Shown here: positions 39,761 through 54,469 of the stretch, one piece after another
Numbering within the stretch: the stretch's first letter is position 1
Layout of the letters: every line of letters starts with the position of its first letter
Assembly: GCA_951406725.2 (NCBI GenBank)
Contig: OX597815.1
Location: 55,986,001 to 56,050,000, forward strand
Source of the DNA: Octopus vulgaris
Taxonomy: Eukaryota
Direction: 5' to 3'
DNA: 64,000 bases
The notes under the pieces: generated by a model
The model's input: only the letters and a program-made list of their open reading frames with translations
Told to the model about the DNA's origin: nothing
The model's database searches: none
Translations under genes and position numbers: made by a program

Positions 39761-42700
39761 CAATAAAGTTTATGTTTGTGAAAGTGTGTTATAGGTATGA
39801 ATATTACAATTATTCGAGTAATCGAAATGGAAGGAAGTCTTACAGGTTTAGCTCCAAATAAGTACACCAAATTAGCATCATAAAATGTTTTGAGTAGTTT
39901 TCGGAGCACGTGTGTATACATACGTGGGTGCATAGATACAGACATACACGATATATTTCCTGCGGTTTCCGTCTACAATAAGCCACAGATTTGGCCAAGG
40001 CCAAGGTTCCATGCATTGGGATTGAACCCAAAACTAAGTGGTTGCGAGGAAAACTTCCTATCCATACAACCATACCTGCACCTAGTGTTGCAGGTATGGT
40101 TTACGAGTGTATATGTGTGAGTCTAAAATATATTATTGCTCTTCAGTGATTCCAATGTTTAACAACAGTTGGTGTGTGCGTATGAGTTTCTTTGAGTATA
40201 TATGTGTATGTAAGCATGCATATGTGCAAACCCCGTAAGGGTAAATAAAAAGAGTACTTGATACCAATTGTAGAGTCATCAAATTTTAGTTTAATGTCTC
40301 GGTATCCCACACAAATTCTGAAGAATCTATTTCATTTCATGATTTGAAAAACGCTAAAATCTGAAACGTGAAGTGTCAGCTTCAATGTGTGTGTGTGTAT
40401 GTGTGTATGTGCGTATGTACGCACAAATATATAGATCTGTATGTGTGTGTATGTGGGCAGACATCAGCATCCTCATAGTTTTGTCTACTTTTCCATGCTT
40501 ACATGGGTTGTATTGAACTTGAAACGGATTTTCTACGGCCAGATGCCCTTCTTGTCGCTGTCTTATGACAAGACAGTTTTTGCAGAATATTAGGCATAAC
40601 ATTCATTTGCAACAACCAAGCGATGTCAAGAGGAGACACAAAGATAGACGGGCTCCTTTCGGTTTCCCTCCACCAAATCTATTCACAAGGCTTTGTTTGA
40701 TCTGGGACTATAGTAGAAGACACTAGAGCAAGGTTCCACACAGTATGGCTGAACCTGAAGCCGTGTGGTTTTAGAAAGCAAACTCCTTTACCATACAATC
40801 ATGTCGGTGCCCGTATGGGTCCAACCCATGCAACCATAGAAAAGTGGATGTTAAAACGATGATAATGATAGTGGTAATGATGCTGATGATGATACAACGT
40901 TTCGTGTTTAATGAGTGTTCGAAGCTCTTGCCAAAACAATCTACGTTTTAAATTAACTTGCAAGTGATTAAATATTCCACAAAACACGTGTACACTTAAC
41001 GTAATTTGTAAGCAGAAGCAGTTATTCTGTGACCAGGATGACACTTTGAATTTCAGGTGGTGTCCTTTCGACAGGCTTCCAAACTATTTACATGGTCACA
41101 CACATACATGATGGTTGAATAAGCTGAAAGGTGAACTAACTTAACGTCTCTGCCAATACAAATTTTATAATAATCTACCGATTCCGTTGTCATTCATAAA
41201 TTTGCTTCAAAATTTTAAAATAATCTCAATTTAACACAAAAACACACATATTGGATATACACACACACACACACAGAGGTTAAGATAAAAGTGTTGTGTG
41301 TATGCTTTATAATAACTGCAAATTTGAAGTCCTCTGCTTGACGGGACACGAAAGCAGAATTCGAGTACGAATACTAACTTCAAACATTTTGTTGCTTGAA
41401 TTTTGTGCGTATATATATATAAGATATATATATGCTTGAGAGTGTAAGAATTTAATTTTGTCAATAAGTATTGTTATTAATAAGAGATCTTGCTTCAAAT
41501 AACGAAATATAACAAATTCTTCGCTTTCCACCAAATACAGTTCGGTGGATGCGAAATGGAAGAATCCTTACTGACGGTAGTCTAAGTCATTACAGTAGTA
41601 ATGAGCAGCATCAGCAGTTATAGCACTGACAACTACAGTAGCAACACTTCCTTCTTTTAATTATAGCAATCATTCTATCTCAGTATCTCTTTTTCTGTCT
41701 CTTACTGCCTGCGCCAAATACTAAATGGCAAAAGACCAAAAAGGAAAATCTATAAACTATGGCAACATTATATTAATTTCAATATTGTTTATTTATAATT
41801 GTAAATGATATTGTTCATATAATAGATGCTGGTTAATTATCAGTATTAAAGATTCAATGAGTCGAGTTCGCGGTTACGATTCGATTCCCAGTTATAGTCA
41901 TTTCACTTCATCTAGCACAATCCCAACTGTTATTGTATTTCTTTCAGTTTGCGTGGCTTGTCTAATAACTTGTTACACAGGATTGTTATCATAAATATTG
42001 GGTTGTTATTATCCTGACATGGACGTCAATAGTAAAGTACTGGAAATAGTTACGTCTCTTTAAGTCCTGTGTTCAAATCGGCTTACTTTTCGTCTAAGAT
42101 CGATAAAAGAGACACCAGTTGTGTAGTGAGATCGATCTATTCAACTACACCTCTTCCCTTTACTTTCTGAATTAAAATCCTGTCGTTCCTCCGCGGCTAA
42201 GTAAATAGTAACAGTGATATAAACTTGAATTTATTCATACGACACTCACCCGACCCTACAGATGTGCGACAAAGTACCAATATGATCCTACTGAGGTTTA
42301 CTTTGCCTTTCATACCTCTGGGGTTGTACCAATTAATATTGGGCTCGATTTAATCGAATATTTTTTTCTCTTGCCTAAGGCTAATATTTATTTTAAAACA
42401 CGATCATCATTAGAGAGCATCGAACAATATGTCATGCCGTATTTTTTCCAGCTCGATACGTTCTGGTTTCAAACCCAACCGAAGTCAACACAACCTTTCA
42501 TTCTTCCGGAATCGATAAAATAAAGTACCAGTCAAGAATTGAGGTTGATGATACCGACTAATATACTCCCCCACAATTGCTAGCCTTGTGCCAAAATTAG
42601 AAGCAAACATTTCAAGCACACAAATGGACGACAATGTTTAATTTAATTTTTTTTGGTCCAAATACAGCTGAGGACTATTTACTTTGTTCATTACTTCATG

Positions 42701-43496
42701 GGTCGATAAATATAAATACTCTTGGTCTCAAATGGTTTCAAAACAAACCAATTGTGGAAATCAAGTGAAAAGCAAAAAATAAATAGATAAAATAATAATA
42801 ATAATAACAACTACTACTACTACTACTACTACTTACTACAAATAGTGGTAGTAGTAGGTTGCTTGACGTTAATTTTATTTTCCAATCTTGATTCGATTTA
42901 GACGTCAGAAAACGTATGTTGTAGCTAATAATATCAATACAGCTATTTTTGATTTTTATATCATTCCATTACAGAGATAGTAGTAGTAGCCATAGTAATT
43001 TAGGCTGCTCACTACTTCCAGCGATAGTCCATATGGTTGTCTGGAAGTTTGTACAACGTGTACAAACGAAATAAAGTAGATCGGCTGACTACACAACACA
43101 ACGTGTTACCGGACACCATACGAAAATAAATGTCATTTCATCATTCTTTTCTTTATCACTTTACATTCAACCATCCCCACAAAACTGAAAAAAAGCTAAC
43201 ATATTCTGATTTCGGTATCTAAAAGAAACTGATTATAGTAATAATTTCCAAAATATACATACATATAGATAGATAGATAGTGTATAATAGTATATTTACA
43301 TACACGCGCATATATGTAGAGAAAGATAGAGATGTGTACATAAAGACATTGTCACAGTTTAAATATTTATATCACAATACTGCTTCTACGAATGGAACTA
43401 TACGTTTCGGATCTCACACACACGAGGTCTGAAACAAGATGGTTTACCCGTAGTGACAACAGTAAAAAAAATATGTATGGATGGATGGATAGATAG

Positions 43497-44633
<1,137 letters not shown>

Positions 44634-45363
44634 TAAATTCTCTTCGAAGCTAGGAGCTTTCCTTAATCTTAACACAGTTGTTTTTATCCACTACGATGGT
44701 AACTCGAGTCATCAGCGTACTCTGTTATCGATCGATACTCGTAGGCAGTTCTCAATGAAAAGATGAATGGAAAAATTTTTAAAGTGACGTGTGTACAGAG
44801 CTGGAAGTAGTTGTTTGCGTATATTGTAAATAACATTCATATATTATAAATATTGTCGGTATAAACCATAAAAATTTTAAGATTCGTTAATTAAAAATAA
44901 ATATTCATCCGGAAATATTAAGGAAGAATTGTTTACAGACGTTTGTATGATTTAAAATCTGCGTACTTCATATCCAGCTGGTCTGTGATAATAAATAACA
45001 CAAATTACTTTCCGTCTCTCTGTCTTCAACACCGATTCGTAAAACTTTTCCGTAATCTTAACCTTTCTTCTGTTTTCACACACAATATTATAAACAATAT
45101 CTCAGATACAATGATAAATACATTTGTCTCGCTTATACTTATTTAAGTACGAACGTAAAGCGCGTAAAATAACTGAAGTTAACGTAGATACGCTTACACA
45201 AATATAAATATACTGTAACACACATGAACAGTATATGTAAAATAATATAGAAGACACAAAAATACACACACACATACACATGTATACACGCAAGATTAAA
45301 ATCACATAGAACTAGTTTTAAAATAAACTTTACGTTTTACAAAATAGTTACGAATAGACATAC

Positions 45364-45577
45364 CAGTAGCAGTTATGGGTACTGGTTCACATGTATCAGA
45401 ACCAAAAAATGTTGTTTCCGATGATGTAGTGACGGGTGTATTAAGAGAATCATCCATAGTTTCAGGTGGTATTCGTCCGATGTTACTCAAAGTAGTTGGA
45501 GACGAGTGAAAGTTATCAAAGCTGAGCTGATCAGCAAGAGCGACCTGCGTTAGTGTATCCAGGCCTTCCATAATCAT
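45364..45577 (-). CDS. EGR1: EGR family transcription factor, exon 1
   Basis: MIMEGLDTLTQVALADQ...PVPITAT plus 1 nt, then donor G|GTATGT at 45363. Phase 1 joins exon 2 in frame (G+CA = Ala, then NIEASIT), giving 1809 nt = 602 aa plus stop. It lies just downstream of a TATA/CArG promoter. Confidence 0.88.
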
Positions 45578-45744
45578 ACCGGTTGAGGTAATAACCTTAG
45601 CTGTGTATACAGTGAAGAAAATCTCGGTTTAACTCACAAGCTTTTGCCACGACTCAATAAACTTAGCTTGCCAGCGTTTTTCTACACATCATATCATAAC
45701 GTGACTCTCAAGATCTATTGGCAAAATCTATGAATGAAAAGTTC

Positions 45745-45830
45745 ATTTATACTATAGCGTATGAATGAACGCTTAAACACCAAATATGGAGAAGTGAACA
45801 GCCAATCAGCAACGAGATATTGTGACGTAA
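45745..45830 (-). promoter_or_regulatory. EGR proximal promoter: TATA, CArG, CCAAT, CRE-like
   Basis: TATAAAT on - at 45751-45745; CCAAATATGG 45780-45789; CCAAT 45802-45806; TGACGTAA 45823-45830. The TATA box is ~170 bp upstream of the ATG. Confidence 0.82.
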
Positions 45831-46086
45831 TGTTGGAATCTCTTGTTTAGTAACGAAAATAGGTCATAATTCTTTTGTTACCAGCAGCTTCCATACGCTA
45901 GAAAATTGTGCACAGTTCTTATCTAGCGATAACTTGACTACTCCCTACCAAAAGAAATCATCTTTATTTCACTAAATGTTATTTCACATCTCAAAATAGG
46001 ACAAAATTCAAAAAATCTGTGGGGAAGACTAGGCACTATGAATTACGTTAGAGATCGTGACCTTTGCAGTACTACCTCGAAAATTA

Positions 46087-46178
46087 CCATATATGGCACA
46101 AGGAATGTCATACTTTACCGAACGAATTCCGCAATGGTCATGACGCTCCACTACATCGGAAGTGGTGCCCATATATGG
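46087..46178. promoter_or_regulatory. EGR distal serum-response module: two CArG boxes, Ets site, CRE half-site
   Basis: CCATATATGG at 46087-46096 and 46169-46178; CGGAAGTG at 46157-46164, 4 bp from the CArG; AGGAA at 46101; TGACG at 46141-46145. Confidence 0.82.
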
Positions 46179-46599
46179 TATGAACTCACGAGAATGTTCG
46201 GCAAATGCCGGCAGTTAATATTGGTCTACGAAAATTATCGAGATTTACCGACTATTAAATTTGTGTACTTTTTCATTTGTTATTGTTACACTACCACTAC
46301 TACTGCTACTATAGCTGCTGCTACTATCATTACCTCTATCAACAATAACAGTATTATCAATAGGACTTAGTTGGCGAAGGCGTGAAGATAAACTAAGAAG
46401 GCAAACGGAAATAATAAGAGAATCGCTTGGATGATGAGAGGAGTGATCAAGGAAGAGAGCTATCTTCAAAATGGCTCGGTATTTAATATTAGAACAACTG
46501 AATGATTCGATAGCGTGAATGAGATTTACAATTATGGAAAATGTATTCTTTACTGTGTTGTTACATCTCCTTGGGAAAATATTTATATTAACTGTTATC

Positions 46600-46609
46600 A
46601 AGTATTTCC

Positions 46610-46652
<43 letters not shown>

Positions 46653-46703
46653 TGTGTATGGATGCATGTATTACTAAATATATTTCTTACATGTTCACAC
46701 ACA

Positions 46704-46751
<48 letters not shown>

Positions 46752-46769
46752 CATACATACATCACATAC

Positions 46770-46829
<60 letters not shown>

Positions 46830-47257
46830 TAATTATATTTAAGAATTATATTCAAGGTGATATATGTATACACATACATACATACACATATACATAAATA
46901 TAACCTTAGATATAATTCTTACCTGCTCACACAATACATATATTTCTCTGTGTGTGAGCGCACACATTTTATTACAAAGATATGAATATTATTCGTCAGC
47001 ATGTGCGGGTGTGTATTATATGTATGTAAGCGTATACGTAAACATATATGTATATCTATATCTATCTACCTATAAATATAAATAGAGAGAGATTTATATA
47101 TATTTACATATATAAATATATACTTATATATACATTTACATATATCTATACACATATACATACATATATGCATAGACATATACATACACACATATACGTA
47201 TATATACATATGGATACATATACATATACACATATATATATACACACATATATATAC

Positions 47258-47297
<40 letters not shown>

Positions 47298-47507
47298 CTT
47301 AGTAATTAAGGGTTTAGCAACGATTTGCCTCACCACACACCGAATTTAGAAATAGCAGTCAAAGAGTTATGGCTATTCTTTCTACTTTTAATTACTTAGT
47401 ATTACTTAAACCTTCCTTGAATGGGGCTTTTACATGCCGAAATCTACTTGGTGAAATTAATGATTATTCCAAATTAATTAATTTCACCCTATATTATTAT
47501 ACATATA

Positions 47508-47555
<48 letters not shown>

Positions 47556-47698
47556 AATATACATATTTATATACATAAATATACATATATATGTACATAT
47601 AGATATATACATATATATGTATAAATATATATATATATGTATATATATATACATATACATAAACATATCTACATACACATATATATATATATGTAAAG

Positions 47699-47750
<52 letters not shown>

Positions 47751-47860
47751 GTACATATATATATACATACATACATATATACAAATATATATATATATTT
47801 AAATATATACATATATATACATACACATATATATACATACATATATATATATATATATAA
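46600..47860. repeat. (TA)n/(CA)n/(TACA)n microsatellite field upstream of EGR
   Basis: Directly visible. Further pure or compound (TA)n tracts lie at 48780-49200 and 51770-52290. Confidence 0.95.
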
Positions 47861-48216
47861 AGCGAACCATCCGATCGTGGCCGTTGCCAGCGCCGCCCCG
47901 ACTGGCCTCAGTGCTGGTGGCACGTAAAAAGCACCATCCGATCGTGGCCGTTGCCAGCGTCGCCTGGCCCCCGTGCCGGTGGCACGTAAAAAGCACCATC
48001 CGTCCGTGTCCGTCTGCCAGCTCCGTCTGGCACCTGTGCGGGTGGCACGTAAAAAGCACCCATTACACTCACGGAGTGGTTGGCGTTAGGAAGGGCATCA
48101 AGCCGTAGAAACACTTCCAGATAAGACTGGGCCTGATGCAGCCTTCTGGCTTCACAGACCCCCAGTTGAACCGTCCAACCCATGCTAGCATGGAAAGCGG
48201 ACGCTAAATGATGATG
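47860..48216 (+). mobile_element. 3' UTR fragment of the RTE family (internal tandem repeats, (GAT)n tail)
   Basis: Repeats of GGTGGCACGTAAAAAGCACC and the terminus CCAACCCATGCTAGCATGGAAAGCGGACG..AAATGATGATG match 50560-50955 and 58140-58535. Confidence 0.85.
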
Positions 48217-48805
48217 ATATATATATATATATGTGTATATACATATACACATATACATATATATATACATTTATATTCTCACTTTTACTTGTTTCAGTCA
48301 TTTGACTGCGGCCATGCTGGAGCACCGTCTGTAGTCAAGCAAATCGACCCCCAAGACTTTTTTTTGTAATCCTAGTACTTATTCTATCAGTGTCTTTTTT
48401 ACTGAACCGTCAAGTTACGGGGACATAAACACACCACCATTGGTTGTCAAGCGATGTTGGCGAGACAAACACAAACACACACACACACACACACGCACAC
48501 ACACATATATATATATACACATATATTCAACAGGCTTCTTTCAGTTTCTGTCAACCAAATCCACTCACAAGGCTTTGGTTGGCCTGAGGTTATAATAGTA
48601 GACCATGCATTGGGAATGAGCCCGGAATCATGTGGCTGGTAAGCAAGCTACTTACCACACAGTCACTCATGCTACCAAAAATTGTTTAGGACAGATAAGA
48701 ATCAACATACGTAAAGACACACGAAATTCCTTTAAACATTTTGGCTGGTATGCTAGCATTTCTGCCAGCTGGCCACCTTATATATATATATACGTATATA
48801 TATAC

Positions 48806-49109
<304 letters not shown>

Positions 49110-49202
49110 AGTACATAAATATATACATATATACACATATATATACAAAAATATATATATGCATACATATATACATATATTTATACATACGTATATATAC
49201 AT

Positions 49203-50958
49203 AGGGTCCCCTGATCCCTTATCTGGTGGTCAATGAGGAAACTAGGGATAGATGAATCGTTAGTGAGAGCCGTGCAAGCCATGTACAGGGACGCTGTCAG
49301 TAAGATGAGTGTTGGCAGCGAGTACAGTGAAGAATTCAGGATAGCAGTAGGGGTCCACCAAGGTTCAGTCCTCAGCGCCCTCCTATTTATCATAGTCCCC
49401 CAGGCAATAACAGAGGAATTTAAGACAGGACGCCCCTGGGATCCCCTCAATGCTGATGACCTTGCTCTAATTGCTGAGTCCCTATCAGAACTGGAGGAGA
49501 AGTTTCAAGTATGGAAACAAGGATTAGAATCAAAGGGCCTTAGAGTCAACCTAGCTAAAACCAAAGTCCTAATAAGTAGGAAGGCAGGCAAACCACAATT
49601 CCCTTCAGGTAGATGGCCCAGCTCGATCTGTAGAAAAGGCATAGGTAGAAACTCTATTAGATGCACCAAGTGTAAGCTATGGACACATAAGAGGTATAGC
49701 AATGTCAAAGGAAGGCTAACTAGGAAAATAGTTTTTGTATGTGGCAGATGCTCGGGAGCAATAAACACTGAAAATGCGCAGAGACCAACTTCTACCACAT
49801 TCCAGGGAGAAAAACTAGAAATAGTTGATAGCTTCCATTACCTAGGTGACCAAGTCAGTAGCGGGGGAGGGTGCACTGAAAGTGTAGCTGCTAGAATAAG
49901 AATAGCCTGGGCTAAGTTCAGAGGGCTCTTACCTCTGCTGGTGACAAAGGGCCTCTTGCTCAGAGTAAAAGGTAGACTGTATGACGCATGTGTATGAGCA
50001 GCCATGCTACATGACAGTGAAACATGGGTCGTGACTGCTGAGGACATGTGTAAGCTCGCAAAGAATGAAGCCAGCATGCTCCGATGGATGTGTAATGTCA
50101 GTGTGCATACTCGACAGTGTCAGTGCCTTGAGAAAAAGGTTGGACCTAAGAAGCATCAGATGTGGTGTGCAAGAGAAACGACTGCACTTGTATGGTCATG
50201 TGGTGAGAATGGATGTGGATAGCTGTGTGAAAAAGTACCACACACTAGCAGTTTAGGGAACCTGTGGAAGAGGTAGACCCAGGAAGACCTGGGATGAGGT
50301 GGTGAAGCATGGGCCTCAACGAGGCAATGACTAGTGACCAGGAAATAAGCGCAAGTGAGACCACAACCATGTGGCCTATGCCTGGGGTGTGACCAGTCCA
50401 CTTATACATGCCTTTCCTTCAGTGGACACTAAACTCTGCTTGCGAAGACCTGTTGAGCAAGTGAAATCGAAATCGAAATCAAACTCGGTGATTGGCATCC
50501 ATTGCTAGTGGAGCGCTAAGAGTACCATCCGAGTGAGATCGGGGCCAGAGCAACAAGCTGGCCTCGGTGCCGATGGCACATTAAAAGCACCTTTCGAGCA
50601 TGATTGTTACCTGTGTTGCCTTACTAGCACTTGTGCTGGTGGCACGGGAAAAAAACACTCAAGCGGGGTCGTTGCTAGTACTGCTGGACTGGCTCCTGTG
50701 CAGGTGGCACATAAAAAGCACCATTTGAGCATAGTCGTTGCCAGCACCACCTAACTGGCCATCGTGCCAGTGGCACGTAAAAGTACCCCATATACTCTCA
50801 GAGTGGTTGGCAATAGGAAGGGCATCCAGAAGTAGAAACTCTGCCAGATCAGATTGGAGTCTGGTGCAGCCATCTGGTTCGCCAGACCTCAGTCAAATCG
50901 TCCAACCCATGCTAGCATGTAAAGTGGACGTTAAACGACGATGATGATGATGATGATG
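49203..50958 (+). mobile_element. RTE-clade LINE, 5'-truncated
   Basis: GVHQGSVLS, (Y>N)ADDLAL, YLGD, AMLH.SETW and RGRPRKTW motifs; 3' UTR repeats; (GAT)n tail. Confidence 0.93.
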
Positions 50959-50960
50959 AA

Positions 50961-51008
<48 letters not shown>

Positions 51009-51023
51009 ACATATATATATATA

Positions 51024-51720
51024 TTCTTCTTCTTGGTCCTTTTTACCTCTTGTGGAGCATAGGGCCTCAACAGTTGTTTTCCACTTTTTGCGCTCATTGG
51101 CGTGATTCTTGGCTGCTTCCCATGTCAGGCAGGTGGTCCTGAGCTCATCCAAAATGCTCTGCTTCCATGTCTGCTTCGGGCGTTCACGCTTCCTTTTCCC
51201 CTGCGGGTTCGAGTCAAGTGCTCGTCATGTCACATTTGAAGGTTCTTTCCGCAGCCTGTGTCCAATCCATCTCCATTTCCTTTGTCTAATCTGAACATGT
51301 ATGTGCTCTTGGTTGGCCCTTTCCCACAGGTTGGTGTTTGGCACTCTGTTGAACCACTTCAGATGGAGGATCTGCCAGAGACATTTGTCGATGAAGGTCT
51401 GGATCTTCTTGTAGTTGCTGCAGGTGGCTCTCCATGTTTCAGAGCCATACAAAAGCACAGATTTTACGTTTGAATTAAATAAGCGGAGTTTAGTTCAAGA
51501 TGAGATGGCAGTGGACTTCCATACTGGCTGAAGAATAGCGAAGGGCTGCCAAGCCTTCTTGCTACTTGCCATGATGTCCTCGTTTGATCCACCTGATTTG
51601 CTGATCTTGCTACCAAGATAGACAAATTTATTAATGTCCTCCACAGGTGCCTCCTCGATTGTGATTGGCTCTTCCTTCTTGTTGTTGATACGCAGCACTT
51701 TTGTCTTTTCCTGGCTGATA
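51024..51720 (-). mobile_element. Second RTE-family 3' fragment
   Basis: KTKVLRIN...FVYLGS, LLYGSETW and RKWRWIGH motifs; (GAA)n tail adjoining (TA)n. Confidence 0.88.
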
Positions 51721-51752
<32 letters not shown>

Positions 51753-51915
51753 CAGCCAGGAAAAGACATATACATATATATATATATACATACATATATA
51801 TATATATACACATATACATATATATATACATACATATATATATATACATATATATATATACATATATACATACATACATATATATGTACATATATATATA
51901 TATACACATATATAT

Positions 51916-51957
<42 letters not shown>

Positions 51958-52221
51958 GCGGTGTATATATACATACATACATATACATACATATGCATAC
52001 ATATATACATATACATACATATATACATACATACATATACATACATATATACATATACATACATATATATATACATATGCATACATATATACATACATAC
52101 ATATACATACATATATACATATACATACATATATATATACATATATATATACATATATATATATATATACATATATATACATACATATATATTCATATAT
52201 ATATACATGGATACTTATATG

Positions 52222-52292
<71 letters not shown>

Positions 52293-52719
52293 AATTTCTG
52301 AATGAGCTATAGACAGTAACTGCACGACAATGTGAAGTATATTTGCCATCTAAATATGGCTAACCACTAAGGGTAGATTTTACTGTAGCTTGTAGCCCCA
52401 GGAGAACATCTTCTCCAGCTGGCTATTGACACACTTTCTGTGCCCTATCGGCATTTGCAAAGGGAGGTCATCCTTCCCTCATCAATACCTCGTTCAGAGA
52501 TTTACTATTGCTTGTTTACACTTTTTTAAGAACAGTGACGAAAAATCACTGAAAAAAGGATATATGTATTTGCATTGGGACCCTTCCATCGAAAACCAGT
52601 GATTGTCGTGCATGAAAGTGTTTGTGTCGGTTTTCCGGATTTGAATTTTGTTGATTATTGTTGTTGAAAACTGTTTTGTCATGTTAAATTGTTGAATTTT
52701 TTGTTGGGTATGTAAGCCC

Positions 52720-54037
52720 AAACTTATGCAGGAGCAGCAGGCAAAAGCCTGGCTGTGAACAAATTACAGTTAAAAGAAATAATTATCGAGAAAGAAAATC
52801 TGAGGAAATACTACGACAGCTTCAAGAAGGAATGAGACTGTCTGAGGGTTACACCACCTGAAGACGAAGTGAAAAAAGCAGAGAAAAAAACCATAACATA
52901 CAGAGCATGGAATGTGGTCTCAAAAAGAATAGAAGTAGAAGAGATTGAAAAATGTCTACAAGAAATAAAAGGAAGAACTACCTTCTACAATAGAAATAGA
53001 AATACGCTACGGTAGATGTTCGCTTCGAAAATGAAGACGAAGCGAAAAGGAATGCAACAAGAGTGTTGAGATCAGAAAAATGGGTTTTACTCCCTAGTTA
53101 TTGTGGAAGAAGAGTGGTGGGGATATGAATAAGCAAAATCCCACCAGAACTTGATACTGAAAGAATAGTAGCTGCAATAATCTACAACTGCAAGGAGAAC
53201 GTGGACATACTTAAGGTGGAAAAGTCGAATGAAATAAACTGGTGGGGTTATGCGGTGGAAGCCTTAGTCCACATAACCATGCCAGATTTGTATAACATCC
53301 TGGAGTAGTTGGTGTTCCCCGACGAGACACGACTGAGAGTCGTGGTGGATGGGAGACCTCCAGTTTGTTATAAATGTAAGAGAAGAGGGCACATGAAGGA
53401 TGTGTGTCCTGAAGGAGAAATACAATTGAAGAAGATAACACTAGAGGAAGCAATAAGAGCTTTGACAGAGGATTTAGGAGATAATATGGAAAGTGACGAC
53501 GAGTTAGTGAAGGAGAAAGAAGAGGAAAGAACAGAAAAAAAAGAGGATAGAAAGCAAACACGGGTGGAATCACCACCCAAAGACCAAAAAAAGAAAAAAA
53601 CTAAAAAGAAGTATGATGACGAGACAGAGGATCGAACACACGAAGAGAGAGATGCAGCAACTAAAGTGAGTAGAGGTCCAAAGTGGGAGGAATGGGAAAA
53701 ATGGTCAGCAAAAATAGAAGAATGTCTGAAAGTATGCAAGGAAGGAGGAAGACCTAAAGGAAAGAATCTCAGAGCTGTCATATTGTACACAAAAGATAAA
53801 GAAATTGAGAAAAAATTAACAATAACAAAAAATCTAACGAGAATGAAATTGAACCTGAGAATATACGATAACCAAATAAAGGCTGCAATAGTGGAAAAAG
53901 AGACGGTAAATAAATTTTAAAATTTATTTTCAGATACAGCTGTAACCATAGTGCATTACGTTCGATATGACAGTTTGCCCAGAGTTATAGAGCAAGATAA
54001 ATTACTAGTTTACATTACGGACGAACACCCCAGATAG
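52720..54037 (+). pseudogene. Tx1-type ORF1 with CCHC knuckle (stops/frameshifts)
   Basis: TYAGAA, ITYRAW, LLPSYCGRR and RVVVDGRPPVCYKCKRRGHMKDVC. Colinear with ORF 13997-14773. Confidence 0.82.
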
Positions 54038-54225
54038 TATAACTGTAATTGTATATGAAACTGCAAGCTTTGGGGGGCTGGTAAGCCATTTCATTTAATT
54101 CATTGTTAATATTTCATTTCATTTCATATCATCCTTTTTGTATTTTTATTATATGTACCCCATGTCCTGTATTGTTTTGTTATGTCACCTCTGCATTCAG
54201 GCCATTGTGCCTATAATAAGGAGAA

Positions 54226-54288
54226 AGGTGATTGTCATGCACTGATGACTGGTCAATACCCAGAAACTGCAGTCTGTGCATATCACTT
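54226..54288 (+). ncRNA. Type I hammerhead ribozyme, intact core
   Basis: AGGUGAU..AUGCA-CUGAUGA(54242-48)-C-UGG-UCAAUAC-CCA-GAAA(54263-66)-C-UGCA-GUC(54272-74)-UGUGCAU-AUCACUU. Palindromic minimal stem III (ACUGCAGU) and extended stem I; one extra C precedes stem II. Confidence 0.78.
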
Positions 54289-54469
54289 AGGTTGACGAGG
54301 GAAGGATGACCTCCCTTTGCAAATGCCGATAGGGCACAAAAAGTATGTCAATAGCCAGCTGGAGAAGAAGTTCTCCTGGGGCTACAAGCTACACTAACAT
54401 CTATCCTTAGTGGTTAGCAATATTTTGATGGCAAATATACTTCACATTATATATATATATATATATTTG

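Larger units (their letters stand above)
52329..54448 (+). mobile_element. Composite unit: 157-bp inverted repeats enclosing an ORF1-only Tx1 derivative and a hammerhead
   Basis: 52329-52485 is the ungapped reverse complement of 54292-54448 (9 mismatches by manual alignment). ORF1 lies at ~52720-54037, a Tx1-like terminus at 54160-54226, and (TA)n flanks both sides. Confidence 0.85.

Noticed and set aside
44660-44725. CUGAUGA on the minus strand as another hammerhead
   Set aside because: No correctly spaced GAAA and no pairing stem I or III could be built.
47875-48060. Regularly spaced GGTGGCACGTAAAAAGCACC repeats resembling a CRISPR array
   Set aside because: The spacers are homologous to one another and the block is the 3' UTR of the RTE family. 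Eukaryotic context, no cas genes.
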